Source: an uncultured delta proteobacterium
GTDB lineage: Bacteria; Desulfobacterota; Desulfobacteria; Desulfobacterales; UBA2156
Length of the DNA: 64,000 nucleotides
Assembly (NCBI GenBank): GCA_963698465.1
Contig: CAVOQY010000008.1
Location: 7,802-71,801 of the forward strand
Direction of reading: 5' to 3'
Shown piece by piece: positions 9,726 through 17,038 of this stretch (position 1 is the first letter of the stretch; every line of letters begins with the position of its first letter). The translations under genes were made by a program, and so were the position numbers. The notes beneath the pieces are model-generated. The model ran no database searches. It was not told where the DNA came from and saw only the letters and a program-made list of their open reading frames with translations.

Positions 9726-10163
9726 ATGAGCATCAAATTGGTACACTCTTCAGAAACGGAGGTTCAGAGGTACCCTGAACCGGAAAGGAAATTCTACACT
9801 GTAGGCACCGGACAAAGGAAGATGCGCGTGACATTTTACGCTCTAGTCATCAGAAACCGGTCTTTGACCGAATATTATCCCGGAGGGGTGCGGGCTTATA
9901 TAGAAAAACACAGAGGGCGGACCAACGGGGACATCACCGTAGACTGTGCCATGGCGGACGACTTCGATACCGAAATAGAGGACCTCACCCGGGCTGGACT
10001 GAAAATCGATGAAGACTGGATCGTGTTCGAGCCGAATATCTGGGAGTTTAAGATACCGCTTCCCGATTTGGATCGTTTGATCAGGCACATCAACCTTGGA
10101 GTTCCCTGGCTGAAATGCAAAGTGGTGAACTGTCGGGTCTATGTCTGGTATGCCGGCGATTGA
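9726..10163 (+). CDS. Hypothetical protein (145 aa), orphan
   Basis: GGAGGG RBS lies 5 nt upstream of the ATG at 9726. Protein begins MSIKLVHSSETEVQRYPEPERKFYTVG.... I recognise no family. Confidence 0.55.
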   Translation: MSIKLVHSSETEVQRYPEPERKFYTVGTGQRKMRVTFYALVIRNRSLTEYYPGGVRAYIEKHRGRTNGDITVDCAMADDFDTEIEDLTRAGLKIDEDWIVFEPNIWEFKIPLPDLDRLIRHINLGVPWLKCKVVNCRVYVWYAGD

Positions 10164-10189
10164 AATCGAATTGAAAAAGGGGGTGCGAA

Positions 10190-10384
10190 ATGGTGCACGG
10201 ACTTGAGCAGATCATCGAGATGAACCGCAATGCCGAGGAATTCGAACGGGCGGTCAAGCTGGGGATCGTGGAGCCGGGGGTCTGGCGCCCCCTTACGGTG
10301 GTGGAAAGATCGAAGTTGAATGGAAAGCTTCAGGAGGAGAGGTTGACCTCTTATGATCCTGAATCTTTGGAACTGGATCGTTGA
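10190..10384 (+). CDS. Hypothetical small protein (64 aa), orphan
   Basis: AAGGGGG RBS upstream of the ATG at 10190. It follows the previous ORF by 26 nt. No recognisable motif. Confidence 0.4.
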   Translation: MVHGLEQIIEMNRNAEEFERAVKLGIVEPGVWRPLTVVERSKLNGKLQEERLTSYDPESLELDR

Positions 10385-10451
10385 AATGGAGGGCTGAATG
10401 AAACCCTAATAATTTGTTGGGTATAGTGTTGGGTATGAAATTCGAAGGCAC

Positions 10452-10483
10452 AAGAAAAAGGGCTGCGAATATACGCAACCCCT
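10452..10483 (-). terminator. Intrinsic terminator after the tRNA-Lys/tRNA-Glu operon (possibly bidirectional)
   Basis: Minus strand reads GGGTTGCG-tatatt-CGCAGCCC, an 8-bp stem with one G-U pair, followed by TTTTTCTT. It lies immediately downstream of the tRNA-Glu 3' end. Confidence 0.6.
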
Positions 10484-10495
10484 TGATATTATTGA

Positions 10496-10573
10496 TGGCG
10501 TCCCCAACCGGATTTGAACCGGTGTTGCCGGCGTGAAAGGCCGGTGTCCTGGACCGGGCTAGACGATGGGGAC
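10496..10573 (-). tRNA. tRNA-Glu (anticodon UUC), CCA encoded
   Basis: Reverse complement: GTCCCCATCGTCTAGCCCGGTCCAGGACACCGGCCTTTCACGCCGGCAACACCGGTTCAAATCCGGTTGGGGACGCCA. Acceptor stem is 7 bp. Anticodon stem is CCGGC/GCCGG with loop CTTTCAC. T-arm is ACCGG-TTCAAAT-CCGGT. Confidence 0.95.
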
Positions 10574-10578
10574 GTGCC

Positions 10579-10654
10579 TGGTGGGCCGTGTTGGACTCGA
10601 ACCAACGACTCTCTGCTTAAAAGGCAGATACTCTACCACCTGAGTTAACGGCCC
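10579..10654 (-). tRNA. tRNA-Lys (anticodon UUU), CCA encoded
   Basis: Reverse complement: GGGCCGTTAACTCAGGTGGTAGAGTATCTGCCTTTTAAGCAGAGAGTCGTTGGTTCGAGTCCAACACGGCCCACCA. Anticodon loop is CTTTTAA. T-arm is GTTGG-TTCGAGT-CCAAC. Confidence 0.95.
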
Positions 10655-10670
10655 AAAAAAAAAGTCTTCA

Positions 10671-10699
10671 ATTTTAAAGCGCCATTGCCGGATTGTCAA
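10671..10699 (-). promoter_or_regulatory. Sigma70-type promoter for the tRNA-Lys/tRNA-Glu operon (TTGACA-17-TAAAAT)
   Basis: On the minus strand, TTGACA is at 10699-10694 and TAAAAT at 10676-10671, with a 17-nt spacer. It sits about 17 nt upstream of the tRNA-Lys 5' end. Confidence 0.6.
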
Positions 10700-10720
10700 C
10701 TCCATAGTTGGAACAACTCG

Positions 10721-12169
10721 CTATTTACGCCAGAAGGACGGGGCCAAGAAAATGATCAGGGTGTAGATCTCGAGCCTTCCCAGAAGCATGCACCAGATCA
10801 GCAGCCATTTTCCCAGGTAGGGGATGTTGGCGAAATTGTCCGTGGGGCCTACCATCCCCAGGCCGGGGCCGATGTTCCCGATGGTGGCCGCCGTGGCTCC
10901 GATGGAGGTGACGAGGTCCACCCCGAGGGCGGAAAGCAGGAGGCTGCTGATGACAAAGAGCGCAACATACAGGCCGAGAAAACCCATGACGCTTCGGATG
11001 ACGTCTTCGGGAACCATCTTTCCGCTGATTTTAACGTGGGCCACGGCATGGGGGTGCACCAGGTAGAACAGCTCCCGGGCGCAATATTTAAAAAAAAGCA
11101 TGACCCGCAGGCATTTCATGCCGCCGCCGGTGGACCCGGCCGATGCCCCGAGAAACATGGACACCAGGAGAATGAGCTGGGACAGAACCGGCCACTTCTC
11201 GTAGTCGGCGGTGGCATAGCCCGTGGTGGTGAGGATGGAGACCACCTGGAAGGCGCCGTATCGCAAAGATTCGCCGATGCCCTCGTAGACGCTTTTATAC
11301 ACGTTCAGGCTCACCAGAATCGTCAGGGCCAGGGTGGCTCCGATGAAAAACCGGCATTCGGAGTCCTTCCAGAACGCCATGGGCCTGCCTTTCAGCGCCT
11401 GGTAGTGCAGGGAGAAATTGATTCCGGCCAGCACCATGAAGACGATGAAGACGACATCGAGATACAGGCTGTCGTAATGGGCGACGGAAGCATTTTTGGT
11501 GGAAAACCCGCCCGTGGGCATGGTGGTGAAGGTGTGGCACAAAGCGTCGAAAAGGGTCATGCCGCCGACCATCAGGAGGGCCACCTGGAGCAGGGACAAC
11601 AAGGCATAGACCTTCCACAGCAGCATGGCGGTGTCCCGGATCCGAGGCTTTAGCTTGTCCGGAACGGGGGTGGGGACTTCGGCCTTGTAGAGCTGCATGC
11701 CTCCGACTCCCAAAAAGGGGAGAATCGCCAGGGAAAGAACGATGATCCCCATCCCTCCCAGCCACTGGATGAAGCTTCTCCAGAACAGCAGGCTTTCCGA
11801 TACGACCTCGATGTTTGTGAGGACAGAGGCCCCTGTCGTGGTGAAACCGGAAACCGATTCGAAAAAAGCGTCAGCGAACGTCCCGAAAAGGTTTCCGAAA
11901 AAAAAAGGCAGGGCTCCGAACAGACCCACGGAGGTCCACCCCAGGCCCACGATGGCCATCCCCTCTCGCTGGCTGATGAACTCCGCCCGGGACCCGCGGT
12001 TGAACAGGTGGAGCATGGACCCGAAGGCCAGGGTGGCCAGCATGGAATCCACCAGTGCGAAGAGGCTTTTGTCCCTGTAAATCAGGCTGACCCCGATCGG
12101 CAGGATCATGGTCAGCCCGAAAAAGAAGGTCAATACGCCCACCACATTCAAAATGTAGCGCCAGCGCAT
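10721..12169 (-). CDS. trkH: Potassium uptake protein TrkH (membrane subunit)
   Basis: 482-aa polytopic ORF with TrkH-type repeated pore-loop segments (e.g. GFTTTGASV, TTTGYATAD, TGGGMK). It lies directly downstream of trkA. Confidence 0.85.
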   Translation of the reverse strand: MRWRYILNVVGVLTFFFGLTMILPIGVSLIYRDKSLFALVDSMLATLAFGSMLHLFNRGSRAEFISQREGMAIVGLGWTSVGLFGALPFFFGNLFGTFADAFFESVSGFTTTGASVLTNIEVVSESLLFWRSFIQWLGGMGIIVLSLAILPFLGVGGMQLYKAEVPTPVPDKLKPRIRDTAMLLWKVYALLSLLQVALLMVGGMTLFDALCHTFTTMPTGGFSTKNASVAHYDSLYLDVVFIVFMVLAGINFSLHYQALKGRPMAFWKDSECRFFIGATLALTILVSLNVYKSVYEGIGESLRYGAFQVVSILTTTGYATADYEKWPVLSQLILLVSMFLGASAGSTGGGMKCLRVMLFFKYCARELFYLVHPHAVAHVKISGKMVPEDVIRSVMGFLGLYVALFVISSLLLSALGVDLVTSIGATAATIGNIGPGLGMVGPTDNFANIPYLGKWLLIWCMLLGRLEIYTLIIFLAPSFWRK

Positions 12170-13538
12170 TTAAAAGAACTCCAGCTTGACGGTGAGAATC
12201 TTTTCCACCTTGGGGATGACCCTCCGGTCTGCCAGGATGATGATCCGGTCCCCGGGTTCGATGACACTCTCGCCGGAAGGCAGGATGAACGTTCCTTCGC
12301 CCCGGCTGATGCCGATGACGATGGCGCCTTTGGGGAAGCCGATATTTTTGAGGGGTTTCCCCACAATGTCGGACGTTTCCAGCGCAATGGCCTCCATGAT
12401 CTCGGCCTGCTCGCCCTTGATGGATTTTGCGGCCAGGACCTTGCCGCGCCGGATGTGGCGAAGAATGGAATTGACAGCGGAAAGGCGGGGGCTGACCACC
12501 TGTTCAAGACCGATGGTGGACATGAGAGGCAGGTAGCTGAACTTGCCGATCCGGGTGATGGTCTTCCGGGCGCCCATCTGCTTGGCCAGGAGAGAAGAAA
12601 GGATGTTGGTCTCCTCGTCGTTGGTCAGTGTGACGACCACGTCCATGTCCTTGATGTTTTCCTCCAGGAGGAGATCCTGATCCGAGCCGTCGCCGTTGAG
12701 GACGACGGTCTTGTTCAGGCTGTCGGCCAGCTGGACGCAGCGGGCGGGGTCTTTCTCGATGATCTTGGTGTAGACGTCTTTCTCCTCGAGTGTTTTGGCT
12801 AGCCGCAGGCCGAGGCGCCCCCCCCCCGACGATCAGGGCCCGGTGGATGGGCTCTTCCTGTTTGTCGAAGAGTTCCAGAGTGTCGGAAAGCTTTGCGTCT
12901 TCGCAAATGAAATAAATGAGGTCTCCCGGTTCGAGGGCGTCTTTCCCCGAGGGGATGATCAGGCTGTCTTTTCGGATGATGGCCGCAATCAGAAGTTTCC
13001 CCTTGCCCGCGACGGCGGGAAGGTCGATCAGCTTCATCCCGGCCAGCTTGGCCCTTTCATTCAGCCGGATGCCCACGAATTTCACGCTGCCTTCCAGCAG
13101 TTCTCCGACGTCCACGGCCCCCGGAACGGCCATGAGAAGGTTGATGGTCTTGACCACTTCGATCTCGGGGTTGATGATCGTGTCGATATGGGGGGCGCTT
13201 GTGCTCAGGGCCTCGTGAAAGTGATCGAAATCGACGTTCCGTATGCGGGCGAGCTTTTTGGTTGTGGGCGAGACGAGGTCGGCGGTCATGCAGGCCACCA
13301 GGTTGATCTCGTCGCTGTTGGTGACCGCTAAAAGGATCTCCGTTTCCCGAATGCCGGCTTCTTCCAGGGTGACCGGGCTTTGCCCCTGTCCGATCAGGAC
13401 CTGGACATCCAGGGTTTCGGAAACCCTGCGGATGGCCTCCGGGTCGCTGTCGATGACCACCACATCCTTGTTTTCATGCGCCAGGCGGTTGGCCACGTTG
13501 AACCCCACCTCTCCGGCGCCGATGATCATGATTTTCAC
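12170..13538 (-). CDS. trkA: Potassium uptake protein TrkA (two RCK/NAD-binding modules); frameshift in a 10-nt C/G homopolymer
   Basis: N-terminal part reads MKIMIIGAGEVGFNVANRL.... C-terminal ORF 12170..12646 reads MDVVVTLTNDEETNIL...RIIILADRR. A run of 10 C at 12818-12827 breaks the second GxGxxG motif. With 9 bases the frame reads ALIVGGGRLGLRLAKTLEEKDVY. Confidence 0.85.
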
Positions 13539-13623
13539 GGTTTAAAAAATCCTTGTCGGTTGTGTCTTTTGGAATCTTAAACTCTGAATTTTGCCTCAAC
13601 TTGCCGTCTGGAGTCAACAGCCT

Positions 13624-14400
13624 TCAGGAAGCAAGGCACAACAGGCAGAAAAACAACACGGCGGCAAGCACCGCCCAATCCTTCTTGTCAAGGTTTTCGG
13701 GATCGGGGTTGTGCCCTTGGCTGTAGCACCGGGCCTCCATGGCATCGGACAGGACCTGGGCATCCCAAAAAAGCCCTGTCAGGAGGGGGACGGCGAGGTT
13801 TTTCATCCGGTACAAGGGGTTTTTTCGGTTTTCGACGCCCCTGGAACGCTGGGCTTCGACGGTTTCGCCGATCCGGTCTAAAACGACGGGGATGAAGCGC
13901 GTCATCAGCCCCATCATGACGGCGATCTGCTTTCCGGGCACGAAAGGAAGCGGACGCAACAGGCGCTCCAGAGCCTCCCGGGTCCGGGCGGATTGCGTTG
14001 TGGAAGAAAAGACGAGGGAAAAAAGGACCACCAGGCCCATGCGCGCACACAGGAGCGCCCCCTGGAGGACACCTTCCCGGGTGACGGAAAGAAAGGAAAA
14101 CCGGACCAGAGGCTCCCCGGGGGTGAACAGTGCACGAGCCGCCCAGACAAACATCAGGAAGAACAACAGGTGACGCAGCCGCCGAAAAAGGTTTGCGGAA
14201 AGAAGGCCTGCGACGGCCGTCAGCGTCAAGGCGGCCAGGCAGAGGAGGAAGAGGCCGCGGGGTTCAACGTAAATCGCGGTCAGGCTGAGGGCTGCAAGGG
14301 AAAGGAGCTTGCAGCGGGCATCGATCCCGTGCAGGGGGGTTTTTTTAAAAAGATAGGAAAACGCGCTCAGCTCAGCCATGACGGCACAGGCTTTCCCCAA
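13624..14400 (-). CDS. bioN: ECF transporter T component (BioN/EcfT-CbiQ family)
   Basis: 258-aa membrane ORF directly after the ATPase, overlapping its stop. An alternative start gives MAELSAF at 14379. The biotin assignment comes from the bioY and birA context. Confidence 0.75.
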   Translation of the reverse strand: MGKACAVMAELSAFSYLFKKTPLHGIDARCKLLSLAALSLTAIYVEPRGLFLLCLAALTLTAVAGLLSANLFRRLRHLLFFLMFVWAARALFTPGEPLVRFSFLSVTREGVLQGALLCARMGLVVLFSLVFSSTTQSARTREALERLLRPLPFVPGKQIAVMMGLMTRFIPVVLDRIGETVEAQRSRGVENRKNPLYRMKNLAVPLLTGLFWDAQVLSDAMEARCYSQGHNPDPENLDKKDWAVLAAVLFFCLLCLAS

Positions 14401-15143
14401 CGCAGCGCGCAGGGCGTTCGGATGCCGAAGCGTTCGAGATCACTCGCGATGGCACCCGGCGGACCGTCGGCGGCCACCGACCCGTTTCGCATGACCACGA
14501 GACGGTCGGCATGGGCAAGGATCTTTTCCACATCGTGGGTCGTGATCACCACGGTGCCCCCCTTTTGGTGAAGATCCAGGATCCGGGCGAGCACCTGCCG
14601 GACCCCGGTGTAGTCCAGGCTCGAGAAGGGTTCGTCCAGGGCCAGCACTATCGGGTTCATGGCCAGAACCCCGGCGATGGCCAGGCGCCGTTTCTCCCCT
14701 CCGGAAAGCAGGTGCGGCCGATGCCCGGCCTTGTGGGAAAGGGAAACATGGTTCAAGGCAGCCTCCGCGCGCTCTTTAACGATGTTCCGGTGGAGCCTGA
14801 GGTTTTCGGGGCCGAAGGCGGCGTCGTCATAGACGGTTTCACCGACGATCTGATGGTCGGGGTTCTGGAACACCAGCCCCACTTTCTGCCGGGTTTGCAG
14901 GGGGTTTTTAATGGCGTCCTCTCCGTCAACGAAAACGGTTCCAGCCGTGGGTTTGAGCAGGGCGTTGAAATGTTTCAAAAGGGTGGTTTTTCCGGAGCCG
15001 TTTTCCCCGGCGATCACCATCAGGGTTCCTTCATAAAGGGTCAGGTTCACGTCCACAAGGCCCAGGGTCCCGTCCGCGAAGCGGTGGGTGAGGTTCTTGA
15101 CTTCGATGATGGGGCGGGGAGTTTTGTTCGGCAGGGGTTTCAT
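14367..15143 (-). CDS. bioM: ECF transporter ATPase (BioM/EcfA-CbiO family)
   Basis: Taken from Met MKPLPNKTPRPIIEVKNLTHRF. Walker A is GENGSGKTT; ABC signature is LSGGEKRR; Walker B is LALDEP. The long N-terminal extension in the ORF track (to 15668) overlaps bioY and was rejected. Confidence 0.85.
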   Translation of the reverse strand: MKPLPNKTPRPIIEVKNLTHRFADGTLGLVDVNLTLYEGTLMVIAGENGSGKTTLLKHFNALLKPTAGTVFVDGEDAIKNPLQTRQKVGLVFQNPDHQIVGETVYDDAAFGPENLRLHRNIVKERAEAALNHVSLSHKAGHRPHLLSGGEKRRLAIAGVLAMNPIVLALDEPFSSLDYTGVRQVLARILDLHQKGGTVVITTHDVEKILAHADRLVVMRNGSVAADGPPGAIASDLERFGIRTPCALRWGKPVPSWLS

Positions 15144-15724
15144 GGGGCTTCGGACGGCGTCCTTTCCTCCGGGGCCCCCGGATGCAATCCTATGACAGGC
15201 CTGAGAAACCGGGCCGCTGCCGCTGCTGCGGCGATTTTCACGGCGTCCCCGGGGATGAAAGGAAAAAATCCCGCCAGCAGCGCCTTTTCTATCCCCATGC
15301 CCGTGATGAAGGAAAGCCAGGAGACTCCCAGGGCATAGACGACCGCGGACCCGCAGACTCCGGCCAGGACATCTCCGGCCAGGCGGAAGCGGGCCTTGGA
15401 TGAGATAAATCCCACCAGAAAGACGGCCGGGAGGTATCCTGCCAGGTAGCCGCCTGTGGGCCCCATGAGCCTTCCGATCCCTCCGGTGCCGCCGGCAAAA
15501 ACCGGGAGCCCCAGGGCGCCGGCGGCCAAATAGACCCCCACGCCGGCCGCACCCCATCGGCTCCCCAAGAGGAGGCCGGTGAGCAGGACGAAGAAGTTCT
15601 GAAGCACGATGGGTACCGGGCCGATGGGGATGGCGACGAAGGCGCCCGCGGCCGTCAGGGCGGCGCACAGGGAGGCAAAAACCATCATTTTGAGCCTGTT
15701 TTCAGGCATAAAAACAGTCTCCAT
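15140..15724 (-). CDS. bioY: Biotin transporter S component BioY
   Basis: Membrane ORF reading ...AAGAFVAIPIGPVPIVLQNFFVLLTGLLLG...GPTGGYLAGY...FIPGDAVKI, typical of BioY. The start may be one of the internal Met codons (15709 or 15688). Confidence 0.85.
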   Translation of the reverse strand: METVFMPENRLKMMVFASLCAALTAAGAFVAIPIGPVPIVLQNFFVLLTGLLLGSRWGAAGVGVYLAAGALGLPVFAGGTGGIGRLMGPTGGYLAGYLPAVFLVGFISSKARFRLAGDVLAGVCGSAVVYALGVSWLSFITGMGIEKALLAGFFPFIPGDAVKIAAAAAAARFLRPVIGLHPGAPEERTPSEAP

Positions 15725-16622
15725 GAACGATTCGACGGGTTTGACCGTTTTTCAGCCGGACAAGAAGCGCGCCGTCCCGGTCCAGGTCTTCGGCGATTCC
15801 TTCTACGGTTTCGCGCAGGGTGACGATGCGTACCGGCCGGGAAAGAGTGTCGGTCAGGCTTTTCCAGCGGGACAGGATTGCTGGAAAATCCCCCTTCTCC
15901 AGTTCCGCTTCAAAGGCATCCAGGAAAGCGCCCAGAATTTCGCGGCGGGATGCCGGTTTCCCGAGGCATTTCTTGATGGAAGTCGTTTTATCCCCGGACG
16001 CGTGGACGGTGTTGTTGACGTTGACGCCGATGCCGACGTTGACAAAGGCCACCCGGTCGGCTTCGGCCTCCATTTCCGAGAGCATCCCTGCGATCTTTTT
16101 TCCCTGCGCCAGGAGATCGTTGGGCCACTTCAGCCGGGCGTTGATGCCGTATTTTTCCTTTAAAAGCCGTGCGAGGACAAGGGAGGCGGTGAAGAGCACC
16201 TGATGGCCTGCATCCGGTGCCAGAGAGGGCCGGGTGACGACGGTGAAATAGAGCCCGCCGCGGCCTGAATCCCATGAGCGGTCCAGGCGCCCGCGTCCCC
16301 GGGTCTGGATGTCCGCCGCCGCCACCGTAAAGGGCGGGCACCCGGCCCGGGCCAGTGCGCGCGCTTCGTCCATGGTGGAGGCGGTTTCAGGAAAATAGTG
16401 GACGCGGGATTCCCGGCCCGGGAACATCCAGGGGAAGAGGGCTTCCGGTTCGCTTTGCAGCCGGTAGCCGTGGGGAGTGGAGACGATCTCGTATCCCAGC
16501 TCCCGGAGCTTCCCGACCTGCTTGAAAACGGCCACCCTGGAAACCCCCAGCGCCTCGCCGATGGCCTGTCCGGAAACCGGCCCTTCGGCGCCTTTCAAAA
16601 GGGAAAGAATCCGCGCTTTCAT
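15702..16622 (-). CDS. birA: Bifunctional biotin-[acetyl-CoA-carboxylase] ligase / bio-operon repressor BirA
   Basis: N-terminal wHTH (SGQAIGEALGVSRVAVFKQVGKLRELGYEI) plus the ligase motif GRGRLDRSW. Confidence 0.9.
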   Translation of the reverse strand: MKARILSLLKGAEGPVSGQAIGEALGVSRVAVFKQVGKLRELGYEIVSTPHGYRLQSEPEALFPWMFPGRESRVHYFPETASTMDEARALARAGCPPFTVAAADIQTRGRGRLDRSWDSGRGGLYFTVVTRPSLAPDAGHQVLFTASLVLARLLKEKYGINARLKWPNDLLAQGKKIAGMLSEMEAEADRVAFVNVGIGVNVNNTVHASGDKTTSIKKCLGKPASRREILGAFLDAFEAELEKGDFPAILSRWKSLTDTLSRPVRIVTLRETVEGIAEDLDRDGALLVRLKNGQTRRIVHGDCFYA

Positions 16623-16667
16623 TTTGCCTTTTCCGCCTTTATTGAAAGTCTCATAATCTTCTTTACG

Positions 16668-16771
16668 TCGTCATTCCGGCATGCTCTTAGCCGGAATACA
16701 GTGAACCGAAACTATCTCTGGATGCCCCCGCATCGGGATGCGGGGCAGGCTTACCAAGTTTGGCATGACGG
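16668..16771. repeat. Nested-palindrome REP/MITE-like intergenic element
   Basis: Contains gtcATTCCGGC-atgctctta-GCCGGAATaca, then CCCCGCAT-cggg-ATGCGGGG, bracketed by cgtcat...atgacg. A related core (GTCATTCC...GGAATCCAG) recurs at 62001-62047. Confidence 0.45.
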
Positions 16772-16837
16772 TACTATTTCGAAACGATTAGAAATCATTT
16801 CAAAACCGCCTCTAATACATTTTTCAAAATGCCCCTG

Positions 16838-16881
16838 TTGTTAACCCAAATTTTAATATAGGTTAACGACTTTTCTGTCAA
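16838..16881 (-). promoter_or_regulatory. BirA operator (bioO-like inverted repeat) overlapping a sigma70 promoter for birA-bioYMN
   Basis: TTGTTAACC (16838-16846), N14, then GGTTAAC (16861-16867). This resembles E. coli bioO, TTGTAAACC-N-GGTTTACAA. On the minus strand, TTGACA is at 16881-16876, followed by a 17-nt spacer and TATTAA at 16858-16853, so the operator covers the spacer and -10 region. Confidence 0.65.
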
Positions 16882-16938
16882 GGGAGAGGTTTTCCCCCGG
16901 GGCGCATGTTTGGGTCCGCGCCGTGAGAGCGGTTTCTG

Positions 16939-16966
16939 TTGCATTTCAGGCCCGAAGTGATACAAT
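16939..16966 (+). promoter_or_regulatory. Sigma70-type promoter candidate for the prkA operon (TTGCAT-16-TACAAT)
   Basis: TTGCAT at 16939-16944 and TACAAT at 16961-16966, about 70 nt upstream of the prkA ATG. Confidence 0.4.
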
Positions 16967-17038
16967 AAAACATCTCCGCCTGTTTCCCTTTTTCCACCGG
17001 CGCATTTCTTCAACCCATCAACCACCATCGGGGGCGCT

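Noticed and set aside
9452-9778. 108-aa ORF overlapping the structured RNA
   Set aside because: It has no RBS, spans two terminator-like elements and runs into the better-supported ORF at 9726. It is most likely spurious.
8400-10495. Direct repeat of the tRNA-Glu 3' end (att site) bounding an island
   Set aside because: By eye I found only a 6-nt match (gtcccc near 8411). That is not significant.
15144-15668. N-terminal 175-aa extension of the ATPase ORF 14367..15668
   Set aside because: It overlaps bioY in another frame and is Arg/Gly/Pro-rich. The conserved ATPase begins at MKPLPNK (15143).
16925-16950. Sigma54 promoter upstream of prkA (GG...TTGCA)
   Set aside because: The GG to GC spacing is 8 nt instead of the required 10, so it does not fit the -24/-12 geometry.
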